Shown here: piece after piece, positions 30,696 to 41,692 of the stretch | How the letters are laid out: every line of letters starts with the position of its first letter | How positions within the stretch are numbered: position 1 is the first letter of the stretch | DNA from: Alphaproteobacteria bacterium | Lineage (GTDB): Bacteria > Pseudomonadota > Alphaproteobacteria > Methylaequorales > Methylaequoraceae | Direction of reading: 5' to 3' | Assembly: GCA_019650635.1 (NCBI GenBank) | Contig: BOXE01000001.1 | Location: 76,193-140,192, forward strand | DNA: 64,000 nt | Position numbers and translations under genes: made by a program | Notes under the pieces: generated by a model | Database searches by the model: none | What the model saw: the letters and a program-made list of their open reading frames with translations, nothing else | Told to the model about the DNA's origin: nothing

Positions 30696-31706
30696 CTATA
30701 GTTTTTTAATACCCGATGTAGTTGAGTATTCAAAATGAAGAACTTTGTCAGGAAAAATCTTTTTGTAACAACTATGAGCAGCCATTGCAGCTTCGGAAAA
30801 GCCAGTTAGAATTAGTTTAAGCTTACCGGGATAATCACATATGTCTCCAATTGCAAATATACCTTTGGCGGAGGTTTGAAGACTTGATTGGTCAACGCTC
30901 AATAGATTTTTTTCTATTTCCAATTCCCATTCCTTAATAGGACCCAATTCAGAGGAAAGGCCAAAAAAAGGAAGAAAATAATCTACTTTAAGATCTATTT
31001 TTTCTTCATCAAGGTTGCTAACAGTCAATGTGTTGATTTCTCCTTTAGAGCCTTGAAGAGAGTGAACTTGAAAAGGTATTATTGTTTTAATTTTTTCTTC
31101 CTTTTCAAGTGAAAAAAGTTTTTCAACACTATGAGGCGCAGCTCTTAATTTTCTTCTTCTATGAATAAAAAATACTTTCTCTGCAACTGAAGACAATTCA
31201 ATTGCCCAATCTACAGCAGAGTCACCGCCGCCAGCAATTGCTATTTTTTTATTTTTAAAAATTGATTTGTTAGTTATGTGATAAAAAATTGATTTATTTT
31301 CGTATTCCTCAATGTCTTTAAGAGGTGGTTTATTGGGCCCAAAAGCTCCGTTGCCAGCTGCTATTAAAATACATTTACATCTAATTGATTTGTTGTTTGA
31401 GGTAAAAACTAAAAATTCATCGTTTTCTTTAGTAATTTTTTCAACTCTTTCTCCCAATATAAATTTTGGTGAAAATGGTTTGATCTGACTGAAAAGGTTA
31501 TCAATAAGTTTTTGACCAGATATTTCAGGGTATGCGGGAATATCATATATAGGTTTTTCAGGGTACAAAGATGAACATTGTCCACCAATAATATCAAGTG
31601 AATCAACAACACACGATTTCATCCCTAGTTGTCCCAGTTCAAAAACTGAGAACAGTCCTATAGGACCAGCTCCTATAACCAATACATCTGTTGAAGTTTT
31701 ATTCAT
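30696..31706 (-). CDS. Ferredoxin--NADP(+) reductase, thioredoxin-reductase-like type
   Basis: FAD motif VIGAGPIGLF, then GGQCSSLYPEKPIYDIPAYP (typical of TrxR-type FNR), and a second dinucleotide motif GGGDSAVDWA. Confidence 0.85.
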   Translation of the reverse strand: MNKTSTDVLVIGAGPIGLFSVFELGQLGMKSCVVDSLDIIGGQCSSLYPEKPIYDIPAYPEISGQKLIDNLFSQIKPFSPKFILGERVEKITKENDEFLVFTSNNKSIRCKCILIAAGNGAFGPNKPPLKDIEEYENKSIFYHITNKSIFKNKKIAIAGGGDSAVDWAIELSSVAEKVFFIHRRRKLRAAPHSVEKLFSLEKEEKIKTIIPFQVHSLQGSKGEINTLTVSNLDEEKIDLKVDYFLPFFGLSSELGPIKEWELEIEKNLLSVDQSSLQTSAKGIFAIGDICDYPGKLKLILTGFSEAAMAAHSCYKKIFPDKVLHFEYSTTSGIKKL

Positions 31707-31767
31707 AATTATCTTTTTTTGTTTTTAAAACAATAATTACATATTTATATTAGAATAATTAATAAAA

Positions 31768-32229
31768 ATGAAAGATGAATTTAAAATTAATTTGGATAAC
31801 CTTCGTGAAACTGAAAAATTAGCACAAAAAATTGCCAAAAGAATAGAACCTAAAAGTTTTATATCTTTAAGAGGAAAACTGGGGGTCGGAAAAACTACTT
31901 TGGCTAGTTTAATAATTAACAATCTATCCAAAAAAAAAATAAGAGTCTTAAGCCCTACCTTTTCGCTTGTTAATATTTATGATTTAAAAAACATAAAAGT
32001 TTGGCACTATGATCTATTTAGGCTTAGCAATAAAAAAGAAATTTTTGAATTGGATTTTGAATTGGCACTTTTAGACTGTGTAATAGTTGAATGGCCTGAA
32101 ATTATAACTGAGTATTTACCTCATAAAAGGATTGAAATACATCTTGATGAAGATGAATCTTTATTAAGATATGCAACTGTTAGGAGGATAAATAAAAATA
32201 AAATTTGTGAACATAATCCAAAGAAATGA
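31768..32229 (+). CDS. tsaE: tRNA threonylcarbamoyladenosine biosynthesis ATPase TsaE
   Basis: P-loop LRGKLGVGKTTL, then the conserved HYDLFRL and VEWPE motifs. Confidence 0.9.
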   Translation: MKDEFKINLDNLRETEKLAQKIAKRIEPKSFISLRGKLGVGKTTLASLIINNLSKKKIRVLSPTFSLVNIYDLKNIKVWHYDLFRLSNKKEIFELDFELALLDCVIVEWPEIITEYLPHKRIEIHLDEDESLLRYATVRRINKNKICEHNPKK

Positions 32230-33167
32230 TAAATGAAATAATCAAAAAATTAGATCATAAAAAAATAAAATTCGATAATTTACGGTTTTTAGCTGGCGAT
32301 GCTTCAGATAGAAAATATTTTTTGATTAAACAAGAAAATAATACAAATGTGTTGATGTTTGATAACGATTCAAAAAATTTAGAAAGATTTATAAAAATTT
32401 CTTATCTTTTAAAAGAACATGTAAGTATTCCGGAAATTATTACCGATCTAAAAGAAGATGATATTTTAATTATAGAAAATTTTAATAAAAACAAATTTAG
32501 TGAAGTATTAAAAAAATCTAACAGAATAAAATTGTACAAAGTTGCTTTGGATGCACTCCTGTACATTCATAAAAAAAAAATAAATAAAAAACTTGTTCAT
32601 TACAGCAAAAAAATCTTTTTTGATGAATCAAATTTATTCTTCGACTGGTATTTAGATATGTCAAAAAAAAGAGTCGAATTATTAAAAAATGAATTTAATT
32701 CAATCTTTTCTTGCTTTTTAGATAAAGTCTATTTATTACCGAGCGTCTTTATTCATAGAGATTATCATATTGATAACTTATTTTATCTTAAAGAAAAAGA
32801 AAAGCATTTCAAATGTGGTTGGATTGATTATCAGGACGCCTTAGTAGGTCCATGTGTATACGATGTTGTTTCACTTGCACAAGATGCTAGAATAGACGTA
32901 GAAAAAAGAACAGAGAATTTTTTAATTAAATATTATTTAGACAATTTTAAATCTATTGATAAAGATCTATTTTTATTTTCATACACTGTTGTAGCAATCC
33001 AAAGACATCTTAAGGTTTTGGGAATTTTTAAGAGACTTGAAATACGAGATAATAAAAAAAATTATATCAAACATATTCCAAGAGTTTTACGTTTGCTTGA
33101 ATTTAATTTAAAAAAAAATAAATTTAGCCCTTTATTTAAGATTTTAGAAAAACCATTGGGTTTGTAA
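32226..33167 (+). CDS. amgK: Aminoglycoside-phosphotransferase-fold kinase, likely N-acetylmuramate/N-acetylglucosamine kinase AmgK
   Basis: Catalytic loop FIHRDYHIDNL and metal-binding WIDYQDA. Sits between tsaE and a MurU-like nucleotidyltransferase, as in other Alphaproteobacteria. Confidence 0.7.
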   Translation: MINEIIKKLDHKKIKFDNLRFLAGDASDRKYFLIKQENNTNVLMFDNDSKNLERFIKISYLLKEHVSIPEIITDLKEDDILIIENFNKNKFSEVLKKSNRIKLYKVALDALLYIHKKKINKKLVHYSKKIFFDESNLFFDWYLDMSKKRVELLKNEFNSIFSCFLDKVYLLPSVFIHRDYHIDNLFYLKEKEKHFKCGWIDYQDALVGPCVYDVVSLAQDARIDVEKRTENFLIKYYLDNFKSIDKDLFLFSYTVVAIQRHLKVLGIFKRLEIRDNKKNYIKHIPRVLRLLEFNLKKNKFSPLFKILEKPLGL

Positions 33168-33874
33168 TGATTTCGCAGGCAATGATATTTTCAGCTGGAT
33201 TTGGAAAAAGGATGTTACCACTAACAAAGAACACACCAAAGCCGCTTATAGAAATTAATAATAAGAGTCTCCTAAAAAATAATATTGAAAAATTAATTGA
33301 ATCTAAATTCAAAAATATTGTCGTAAATGCTTATCATCATTCAGAAAAAATTATTAACGAAACAAAAATGTTCAAATCAGTAAAAGTTATTGTTGAGGCT
33401 GAAAGACTTGAAACAGGAGGTGGCTTATTAAATGCAATTAACGAGAAATACTTCAGAGAAAACACTCCCATTGTACTTCTAAACGGAGATATTTTTTGGT
33501 ATGACAAGAAATATAAGTCAATTGATAAAATCATTAGTCTATGGAACCCACATAAAATGGATATGTTGTTATGTTTAAAAAGAAAGGAAGATTTTTTTGG
33601 TTACAATGGTAATGGAGATTTTGATCTCCAAAGTGACAAATTCTCGTCATCAAAATTAGAAATAAAAAAAAATCCTTTGTATGCCTACACAGGGCTGCAA
33701 ATCATTAAGCAGGATATTATTAAGGATATTAAGAAAAATTGCTTTTCATTAAAAGAACAGATACTAAAATCTTTAGAAAAAAAGAAGTTATTTGGCTACA
33801 TTGACGAAAATCAATGGTTTCACATAGGAACGGTAGAGGATCTTAAAAAATTTAAGGAAAATTATTGTGAATAA
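33167..33874 (+). CDS. murU: Sugar-1-phosphate nucleotidyltransferase, likely MurNAc-alpha-1-P uridylyltransferase MurU
   Basis: N-terminal SAGFGKRMLPLTKNTPKPL signature. Start overlaps the amgK stop. Confidence 0.72.
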   Translation: MISQAMIFSAGFGKRMLPLTKNTPKPLIEINNKSLLKNNIEKLIESKFKNIVVNAYHHSEKIINETKMFKSVKVIVEAERLETGGGLLNAINEKYFRENTPIVLLNGDIFWYDKKYKSIDKIISLWNPHKMDMLLCLKRKEDFFGYNGNGDFDLQSDKFSSSKLEIKKNPLYAYTGLQIIKQDIIKDIKKNCFSLKEQILKSLEKKKLFGYIDENQWFHIGTVEDLKKFKENYCE

Positions 33875-35342
33875 TTTTATAGTTTATGATTTTGAAACAT
33901 CTGGAAGAAGTTCACGATTTGACCAAATTCTTCAAGCGGGAATTATAATTTATGATCAAAACCTAAAAGTTTTAAAAAAGTTAAATTTAAAATCACGTAT
34001 TAACCCAGATATTGTTCCATCAATCAATGCTTTAAGAGTTAATAAATTAAAGATCTCAGATATTCTTTCAGAGAAGATGAGTTGTTATGAAATGACAATG
34101 CAAATGCATAGTTTTTTATCAAAATTCCAAGACTCCTTTTTTGTTGGTTTTAACTCCATAAATTTTGATGAAGAATTTTTTAGACAAACACTCTGGGAGC
34201 ATTTTACTTTTCCTTACTTAACAAATACAAAAGGAAACTCGAGACTAGATGTACTTAATTTTGTGACATTAGTTCATGCTTTCAGAAAAAATGCCTTAAA
34301 TGTTGAGGTAAATGATGAAGGAAAGATAACATTCAAGTTGGAAAGTTTGGCAAAAGCAAATTGTTTTGAGTCTAACAATGCACATGAAGCAATTGCAGAC
34401 GTTGAAACCACAATGAAACTTCTGGAAATGCTTTTAAAAAATAATTATGACCTCTTTAAAATATTCATCAATAATTCGTATCCTGTAAAATTAGAAAATA
34501 AAATTGTTGATCAAAATATTTTCACAATGCACAACTACATTTTTAACAAGCATAGAGTTTATCTTGTTAAAAATCTTTTGAAACATCCAGTTTACAAAAA
34601 CCAAATGATTGGATTTGATCTAAAATATGATACCTCAGAAATTGTTAATTATGGCATAGATGAATTGGAAGAAATATACAGATCAAAATCATTTTTTAGG
34701 AAAATAAAATTAAATAAACAGCCATCTATTTTGGACAAATCTTATGCAAGAAATCTCAGTCCTTATAGTGAATTAACAGACCATGAAATAAATTTAAAAT
34801 GTGAGCAACTTCAGAAAAAAGAATTTCTGATAAATCTCAACAAAATCCTGGAAAAAGAATCATCGGATTACAGTGAAAATCAGTCTCAGGAAATAAAATT
34901 AGAAGAGGAAACAATTTATTCTCAAAAACTCAATTACAACGATTCAAGAATTATGAATAGGTTTCATGACGAGGAATGGGACAAGAAGTGGAGTTTTGCT
35001 GAAAAATTTAAAGATCAGAGGCTAAGATTTTTTGCAGCGCGTCATATTTATAGAAATTATCCAGAGGAACTTCCTAGAAAAATTTTTAAATTGCTGCATA
35101 AAAAAATTTCGGAGAGGATTTGTTCTTTAGAGAAAAAAAAATTTATAACAATTCCAGCAGCTATGGAGGAGGCTGATTCATTATCCTTAAAAATAGAGGA
35201 AAATGATTTAGGAAATGATTTAAAAGAACAAATAGATCAGTATAATATTTACATTAACTTTTTAAATGATTACTATAATAATCCCAATGCAAATCCAATT
35301 CAATTTGATAAGAATTTATCAAAAAAGCTTTTTGCAAATTAA
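33867..35342 (+). CDS. sbcB: Exodeoxyribonuclease I (SbcB-like DEDDh 3'-5' ssDNA exonuclease)
   Basis: YDFETSG, DQILQAGII, GFNSINFDEEFFR, NSRLDVLNFV and ESNNAHEAIADVETT line up with the ExoI exonuclease motifs. 491 aa, close to the 475 aa of E. coli ExoI. Confidence 0.85.
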   Translation: MNNFIVYDFETSGRSSRFDQILQAGIIIYDQNLKVLKKLNLKSRINPDIVPSINALRVNKLKISDILSEKMSCYEMTMQMHSFLSKFQDSFFVGFNSINFDEEFFRQTLWEHFTFPYLTNTKGNSRLDVLNFVTLVHAFRKNALNVEVNDEGKITFKLESLAKANCFESNNAHEAIADVETTMKLLEMLLKNNYDLFKIFINNSYPVKLENKIVDQNIFTMHNYIFNKHRVYLVKNLLKHPVYKNQMIGFDLKYDTSEIVNYGIDELEEIYRSKSFFRKIKLNKQPSILDKSYARNLSPYSELTDHEINLKCEQLQKKEFLINLNKILEKESSDYSENQSQEIKLEEETIYSQKLNYNDSRIMNRFHDEEWDKKWSFAEKFKDQRLRFFAARHIYRNYPEELPRKIFKLLHKKISERICSLEKKKFITIPAAMEEADSLSLKIEENDLGNDLKEQIDQYNIYINFLNDYYNNPNANPIQFDKNLSKKLFAN

Positions 35343-35354
35343 TGGAGTACTAAA

Positions 35355-35677
35355 ATGACAGCTATAAAAAATTGTAATGAAAATGATTTCGAAAACGAAG
35401 TTCTTAAATCTAATCTTCCGGTAATAGTTGATTTCTGGGCTGAATGGTGTGGACCATGTAAGATGCTTACGCCAATTTTGGAGGAACTCTCAAATGAAAT
35501 GAAAAATGAGATTAACGTAGTAAAAGTTAATCTAGATGAAAATCAAGACTTAGCTATGAAATACTCTATAAGAAGTATACCTACATTGTTATTATTCAAA
35601 GAAGGCAATTTGATCGACACGAAAGTTGGTCTTTGCCAAAAAGCGAAATAGTAACTTGGTTCAAATCAAAGATTTAG
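35355..35677 (+). pseudogene. trxA: Thioredoxin, C-terminal frameshift
   Basis: WAEWCGPCK active site. The listed ORF ends early (…VGLCQKAK*). One extra T at the T3 run near 35632-35634 gives ...VGLLPKSEIVTWFKSKI* and the normal ~107 aa length. Confidence 0.88.
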
Positions 35678-36988
35678 TTAATCTTGAAGCCATCTTGTTT
35701 TAAAACTTCTCCAGCCAAATATAATGAACCGCAAATTACTAATTTTCCGCTCGGATAGTTTTCCTTTATAATTTTTAAAACCTCTTTGATATCTAATGAA
35801 CATTCAATGCTTATTTTGGAGCTAATATCTTTTTTAATATTATTTTTTATTTCATATGGTCTTATGTACTGATGGTCTGGTATTGGTAAAAGAAATATTG
35901 CTGAAAGGTTTTTTATTAGTTTTTTTATGAATGAATATGGATCTTTCCCAATCATCATACCGATAACTAAAAAAACATTTTCTTTTTTCCATTTTTCAAT
36001 GATTTTTTTTATTATATTCGATGCCTCTAAGTTATGACCTCCATCTAACCAAATCTCAAAATTTTTGCCCATGTATGACGATAAATTTCCATTTTTAAGA
36101 TTTTGCATTCTAGCTGGCCATTTTGCTGATAAAATACCTTTATCAATATTTTTATCTAAAATGTCTTTTCTTCCAAGTGATAATACTGTTGCTACAGCTG
36201 TCGAAGCGTTATCTATCTGATGTTCACCAAAAAGTTCAGGAAAATTAAAATTATAATTTGCCTTCTCAAAAAACATACTAAAGTTTTTCTTTATAAAATC
36301 TTTTTCTCTAATTTTCCAATTTGATCCTTCTTCGAATAGCTCAATCTTCATTCTTTTTGCTTCAACTCTTGCTAATTTCCTTACAACTGAATGTTGCTTT
36401 GATAGGACTATCTTTTTTGAATTTTTTAAAATTCCTAATTTTTCTTTAGCAATTTTTTCAATTGTTGACCCAAGAAAATTCATATGATCCATTGAAATTG
36501 GTGTAATAACACTGCATAATTTTATTTTCAACGACATTCGTAGCATCAAATCTACCACCAAGACCTGTTTCTAAAAGAATAATATCAGATTCAATCCTGC
36601 TGAATGCCAAAAATGCAGCAGCAGTTGTAATTTCAAAGAAAGTAATTTCCTCTGCTTTATTGTAATATTCGCATTCTTCTAAAAGTGTATTTAGATGGTT
36701 GTTACTTATTAGTTTAGAATTAATCCTTATTCTTTCGTTGAAATTTATTAAATGGGGAGATGTGTAAGTGTGCACTTTGTAATTTGAAAATTCGAATATG
36801 GATCTTAAAAAGGAGGTTACAGAACCTTTCCCATTTGTCCCTGCCACATGAATTACTGGAGACAATTTGAGATGGGGATTGTCTAACTTCTTGAGCAATC
36901 CTTTTAGACGTTTAAGAGATAAATCAATCTTTTTTGGATGTAAAAGTTCGAGTCTTTTTAAAATTTTTGTAGATTTGTCCACTTTCAA
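35674..36988 (-). pseudogene. folC: Dihydrofolate synthase / folylpolyglutamate synthase, one frameshift
   Basis: P-loop VAGTNGKGSV in ORF 36458..36988. The C-terminal Mur-ligase part is ORF 35674..36561. The two overlap out of frame around 36460-36560. Confidence 0.88.
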
Positions 36989-36989
36989 G

Positions 36990-37833
36990 TCAAGCTACAA
37001 GGAAATCAAGTAAATCTTCAATTTTTTTTTTTAGTTCTTTTCTGTGAACAACAAGATCAATCATACCTCTCTCCATTAGATATTCTGATTTTTGAAAGTT
37101 TTGAGGTAACTTTTCTTTAATAGTATCCTCGATAACTCTACTTCCTGCAAAACCAATAGTAGCATCCTTTTCAGCGATTATTATATCACCGAGCATTGCA
37201 AATGAAGCTGAAACACCGCCAGTTGTTGGGTCAGTGAGAACAGAAATAAAAGGCAAGTTTAACTTTCCGAATGCATTTATCGCTATAACAGTTCGTGGCA
37301 TTTGCATTAAAGATAAGATTCCTTCCTGCATCCTTGCACCACCTGACGAGCTAAATATAATTAATGGAAGGTGATTTTTTTTTGCAAAATCGCATGCAGT
37401 TATTATTGCTTCACCAGCAGCCATGCCCATCGAACCTCCCATAAAATTAAAATCAAAAATTGCTGTAACAATCTTTTTCCCATTTATAGTTCCTGATGCT
37501 ACAATAACGGAATCATTGGTTTGATTTTTCTTTTGAGCATTTTTTAATCTGTCTACATATTTTTTGCTATCTTTGAAGTTTAGTGGATCAGGTTTTATTT
37601 TAGGTGTATCCATTATCATAAAAACTTTTTCCTAAAAATAATTCCAACCTTTCTTTTGAACTAACTCTAAAATGATAATCACAATGTTTACAAACATATT
37701 GATTTGATACTAGTTCTTTTCTCAACAACATTTGAGAACATTTTGGACAAGTTTCCCACAAATTATCAGGAACTTCTTTTTTTCCAACAATGGCTTGAAG
37801 TTTTGGTCTTACAAAATTAGTTATCCAATTCAT
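36990..37833 (-). pseudogene. accD: Acetyl-CoA carboxylase carboxyltransferase beta subunit, one frameshift
   Basis: Zinc ribbon CPKCSQ...CKHCDYHF in ORF 37600..37833. The carboxyltransferase body (GGSMGMAAGE, SGGARMQEG) is in ORF 36990..37619. The switch is at the A5/T5 runs near 37620-37630. Confidence 0.9.
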
Positions 37834-37848
37834 ATAAATAACTTACCA

Positions 37849-38648
37849 TTATTTTCTTAAATTTGCCAAGAAATCGGATATGCCCTTTAACATCTGGTTT
37901 TCAGAATATTTGCCTTTGTCAAACTCTTCAATAAAGCTAACTATGGCCGACCCAACTACACATCCATCTGAAAATTTATTTAAACTTTGTATTTGATTTT
38001 TATTTTTAATACCAAATCCAACACAAATGGGAAGTTTGGAAATTTTTCTGATTTTTGACAAAGATTTTCTAACCTCATTAATAGATGGTTTTTTTGTTCC
38101 TGTAATGCCCATAACTGAGACATAATATAAAAACCCACTTGTGTGCTGAGAATTTTTTTAATCTCTCTTTATGTGATGTTGGTGTAAGTAATCTGATATT
38201 GTGAACATTATATTTTTGTGTATATATTTTATATAATGGTCTTCTTCAGGGGTAAATCAACAATTATAAGACCATCTACACCAACAGAACCACAATTAAA
38301 AAAAAAATCCTTAAGACCATATTGAAAAATTGGATTGAAATATCCCATCAAAACTATAGGGATATTTTTATCATTTTTTCTAAAATTTTTAACTAATTGC
38401 AAAGTACTATCAATATTCGCTCCAGCTTTAATTGCTCTTTGACTTGACTTTTGAATAGTTGGACCATCAGCCATAGGATCGGAGAAAGGAAAGCCTATTT
38501 CAATAAGATCAATTTTTTGATCTCTAAGAACATTTAATATATTTTTTGAAATCTTTTGATTTGGATCTCCTGATGTAATAAAAGCAACTAAGGCTTTTTT
38601 TTTAACTTCTTTTAATTCTGAAAACTTTTTGTCGATCCTGTTTTGCAT
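37849..38648 (-). pseudogene. trpA: Tryptophan synthase alpha chain, interrupted
   Basis: GFPFSDPMADGPTIQ in ORF 38229..38648. The C-terminal part is ORF 37849..38112. The connecting ~115 nt is out of frame. Confidence 0.9.
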
Positions 38649-38655
38649 TCAAATC

Positions 38656-39880
38656 CTAAATTTTTATACCTAAGCTGTCAGAGATAGAAAAAATATCCTT
38701 ATCTCCTCTACCACACATATTCATTATAATGATTTGATTTTTTTTAAATTTTTTTGAGTTTTTTAGAAGATATGCCAAAGCATGGGATGGTTCAAGAGCA
38801 GGAATAATACCCTCCAGTTTTGAACAAATTTTGAATGCATTTAGTGCTTCTTTATCAGTAGCACTAAAATAATTTACTCTTCCCGTTTCCTTAAGCCATG
38901 AATGTTCAGGTCCAATGCCAGGATAATCTAAACCTGCAGAAATTGAATGTGCATCAGTAATTTGTCCTTCTTCGTTTTGAAGTAAATAAGTATAATTACC
39001 ATGTAAAAAACCTGGTTTTCCTCTTGATAAAGAAGCTGCATGCATTTTAGAGTTTATACCTTTTCCTCCTGCTTCAATTCCAATAATTTTTACATCTTCG
39101 TTATTAAGAAATGGATAAAAAAGACCAAGTGCGTTTGACCCTCCACCGATACAAGCAACTAAATAATCAGGAAGTCTTTTTTCAACTTTAAGGATTTGTT
39201 TCTTTGCTTCTATCCCAATTATTGATTGAAAATCCCTTACCATCATTGGATAAGGATGAGGTCCAGCGACGGTTCCTATTACATAAAAGGTATCTTTAAC
39301 ATTGGATACCCAATCTCTTAATGCTTCATTCATGGCATCTTTTAATGTGGATGTTCCAGATTTTACAGGGATAATCTCAGCTCCAAGCAATTTCATTTTG
39401 AATACATTTGGAGCTTGTCTTTTAATATCTAAAGCACCCATGTACACAACACATTTTAGGTTAAAAGTGCGCAGACAGTTGCTGTTGCAAGTCCATGTTG
39501 CCCAGCGCCTGTTTCTGCAACAATTCTTTTTACCCATCTTTTTTGCTAAAAGTACTTGCCCACACAATTATTAATTTTGTGAGCGCCGTATGATTTAGTT
39601 CGTCCCTTTTGAAATAGACTTTTACATCCCCAATCTCTTTAGAAATTCTTTTAGCAAAATAGAGTGGGCTTGGTCTTCCGATGTAATTTTCAAAATAATA
39701 GCTGAGTTCGCTTTTAAACTTCTTAGATCTTCTAACTTCTTTGTATTTTTTTTCAACATCAAGTAACAAAGGCATTAAAGTCTCTGCCACAAACCTTCCT
39801 CCAAATTTTCCAAATCTTCCGTGTTTATCAGGAAACTTATAATAGTTAATTTTATTTGTTTTTTTCATAATTTTTGACAT
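38656..39880 (-). pseudogene. trpB: Tryptophan synthase beta chain, at least four 1-nt shifts within ~150 nt
   Basis: ORFs 39530..39880 and 38656..39567. Around 39440-39590 the conserved HTGAHKINN / [12 protein letters not shown] / [21 protein letters not shown] / NLKCVVYMG pieces alternate between frames, at G, A and T runs. Confidence 0.9.
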
Positions 39881-40490
39881 ACTTAATAAAACTTTTGATT
39901 TTTTTTTGACATTTTTCTCCTCTGGACTTTTCTACTCCTGACGAAACATCAATAAATGTAGCCTTTGTAATCTTTAAAGCCTTTGCAATATTTTCTTCGT
40001 TTAACCCGCCTGCTAGAATCCATTCTCTTTGTGAATCATATCCTTTAAGGAGTTTCCAATCAAATGAAATTCCTGTTCCACCACTAACATCAGATTCGCT
40101 TTTTGTATCAAATAATATCATATCGCAAAATTTTTCATATTCACGTGCTCTCTTAATATCTGAAACTTCTTTAATTGGTATTGCTTTTATTATAGGCTTT
40201 TTTAATTTCTTAATTTCATTTATATAATTCAAATCCTCATTTCCATGGAGTTGAATGATGTCTAAACATAGAGTTTCTGAAATATGATTAATCAAATTCA
40301 AATCAGCGTCTACAAAAAGTCCAACAAGTTTTTGATTATCATTTATATAACGTCTGAGTTTTTTTGCTTCTAAAGCATTTATAAATCTAGGAGATTTTTG
40401 ATAGAAAACAAAACCTATATAGTTAGCACCTGAACTTGCTAAAATTGATTCTTTATCTCGAAGTCCGCACAATTTAATTTTTATGTTCAT
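39852..40490 (-). CDS. trpF: N-(5'-phosphoribosyl)anthranilate isomerase
   Basis: 212 aa. N-terminal IKLCGL and the TIM-barrel pattern. Conserved trpF-trpB-trpA order. Confidence 0.85.
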   Translation of the reverse strand: MNIKIKLCGLRDKESILASSGANYIGFVFYQKSPRFINALEAKKLRRYINDNQKLVGLFVDADLNLINHISETLCLDIIQLHGNEDLNYINEIKKLKKPIIKAIPIKEVSDIKRAREYEKFCDMILFDTKSESDVSGGTGISFDWKLLKGYDSQREWILAGGLNEENIAKALKITKATFIDVSSGVEKSRGEKCQKKIKSFIKYVKNYEKNK

Positions 40491-41181
40491 AGTGTTTTTC
40501 TATATCCTGTAAAATGCACTTAATTGAATTAATTGGATCGTCAGATTGTGTAATTGATCTTCCAATAATTAACATTTTTGAGCCATTTTTAATAGCCTGA
40601 CCAGGCGAATTTATTCTTTTTTGATCATTCATCTTATTTTTGTAAAGTCTTATACCTGGTGTAACGAATAGCATATTGGTGTTATTTAAATGTTTTTTCA
40701 AGTGAGGAATTTCTTCAGCTGAAGAAACCAAACCATCGATGCCAGCTTTTTCTCCAATTTTTGCTAAATTCTCTACATAATCTAAATTACTTAAATTATA
40801 ACCAAAACTTTTTAAATCTGAGTTATCTAAACTAGTGAGCATTGAAATGCCTAAAATTTTTGTATTATTTTTAATTGAAACCACGTCCTCAACCATTTTC
40901 AAGCCACCAGAGAGGTGAATAGACAAATAGTCAGGCTTTAAATTAATTAGATTTTGAGCAGATTTTTTAACAGTGTTAGGTATATCTTTTAGCTTTAAAT
41001 CTAAGAAGATTGGTATTCCAAGTTTTTTAATTTCAAGAAATCCTGTAGGCCCATTCTTGGAAAAAAATTCTAGACCAATTTTAATTCCACCAACATATTT
41101 TTGTATTTTTGATATCAACCTTTTTGATTGTTCTATATCTGTAAAGTCAATTGCACAAAAAATAAAATTTCTAAAATTCAT
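40474..41181 (-). CDS. pyrF: Orotidine 5'-phosphate decarboxylase
   Basis: FLDLKLKDIPNTV (DxKxxDIxxT active-site motif). 235 aa. Confidence 0.9.
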   Translation of the reverse strand: MNFRNFIFCAIDFTDIEQSKRLISKIQKYVGGIKIGLEFFSKNGPTGFLEIKKLGIPIFLDLKLKDIPNTVKKSAQNLINLKPDYLSIHLSGGLKMVEDVVSIKNNTKILGISMLTSLDNSDLKSFGYNLSNLDYVENLAKIGEKAGIDGLVSSAEEIPHLKKHLNNTNMLFVTPGIRLYKNKMNDQKRINSPGQAIKNGSKMLIIGRSITQSDDPINSIKCILQDIEKHYEHKN

Positions 41182-41185
41182 ATTT

Positions 41186-41385
41186 CTAATTAAATAGTTT
41201 TTTTAAAAATGAAAAAATTAAACCTAATAAGAATCCTGCAAATATAAGTATTAAGACAAGAATATATAAAGGTAGTTCAAAAAAAAAAGGAAATGGAAAT
41301 AGATTTATCTTAACCAGATATTTATTTCCTATAGAAAAAAGAGAAAAAAAAGTTAAAAAAAAAAAAAGAAAATGAATCCAATCAT
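41186..41385 (-). pseudogene. Possible LapA-like (DUF1049) small membrane protein, frame unclear
   Basis: An ATG lies 4 nt after the ihfB stop. The hydrophobic reading MIGFIFFFF...LVKINLFPFPFF...LPLYILVLILIFAGFLLGLIFSF can only be assembled across long A/T runs (e.g. A13 at 41355-41367). The slot after ihfB fits this family. Confidence 0.3.
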
Positions 41386-41389
41386 TTTT

Positions 41390-41692
41390 TTAATCTTTGA
41401 TGACATTTATTTCCTTTCTTAATTTTTTTCCAGGTATAAAATGAACAAAATTCTTCTTTTTAATTTCTATTTTTTCTCCTGATGAAGGGTTCCGTCCTAT
41501 TCTGCTTTCACGAGTTTTTGTTGAAAAAGTGCCAAAATCTCTTATTTCAATTCTAGCACCCTTAGCTAAATTTGAAGAAAAAAATTGCAGAATCTTTTCA
41601 AGTGTTCTTTCAACTTCCCTTCTAGGTAAATAATCGAATTTATTTTCAAGTTCTTTTAAAATATCTGACTTTTTCATATTCCAGGTGTCCAA
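41390..41692 (-). CDS. ihfB: Integration host factor beta subunit (HU/IHF family)
   Basis: IRDFGTFSTKTRESRIGRNPSSGEKIEI...FIPGKKLR arm motif. Lies downstream of rpsA as in other Alphaproteobacteria. The likely start is the internal ATG at 41677. Confidence 0.85.
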   Translation of the reverse strand: MDTWNMKKSDILKELENKFDYLPRREVERTLEKILQFFSSNLAKGARIEIRDFGTFSTKTRESRIGRNPSSGEKIEIKKKNFVHFIPGKKLRKEINVIKD

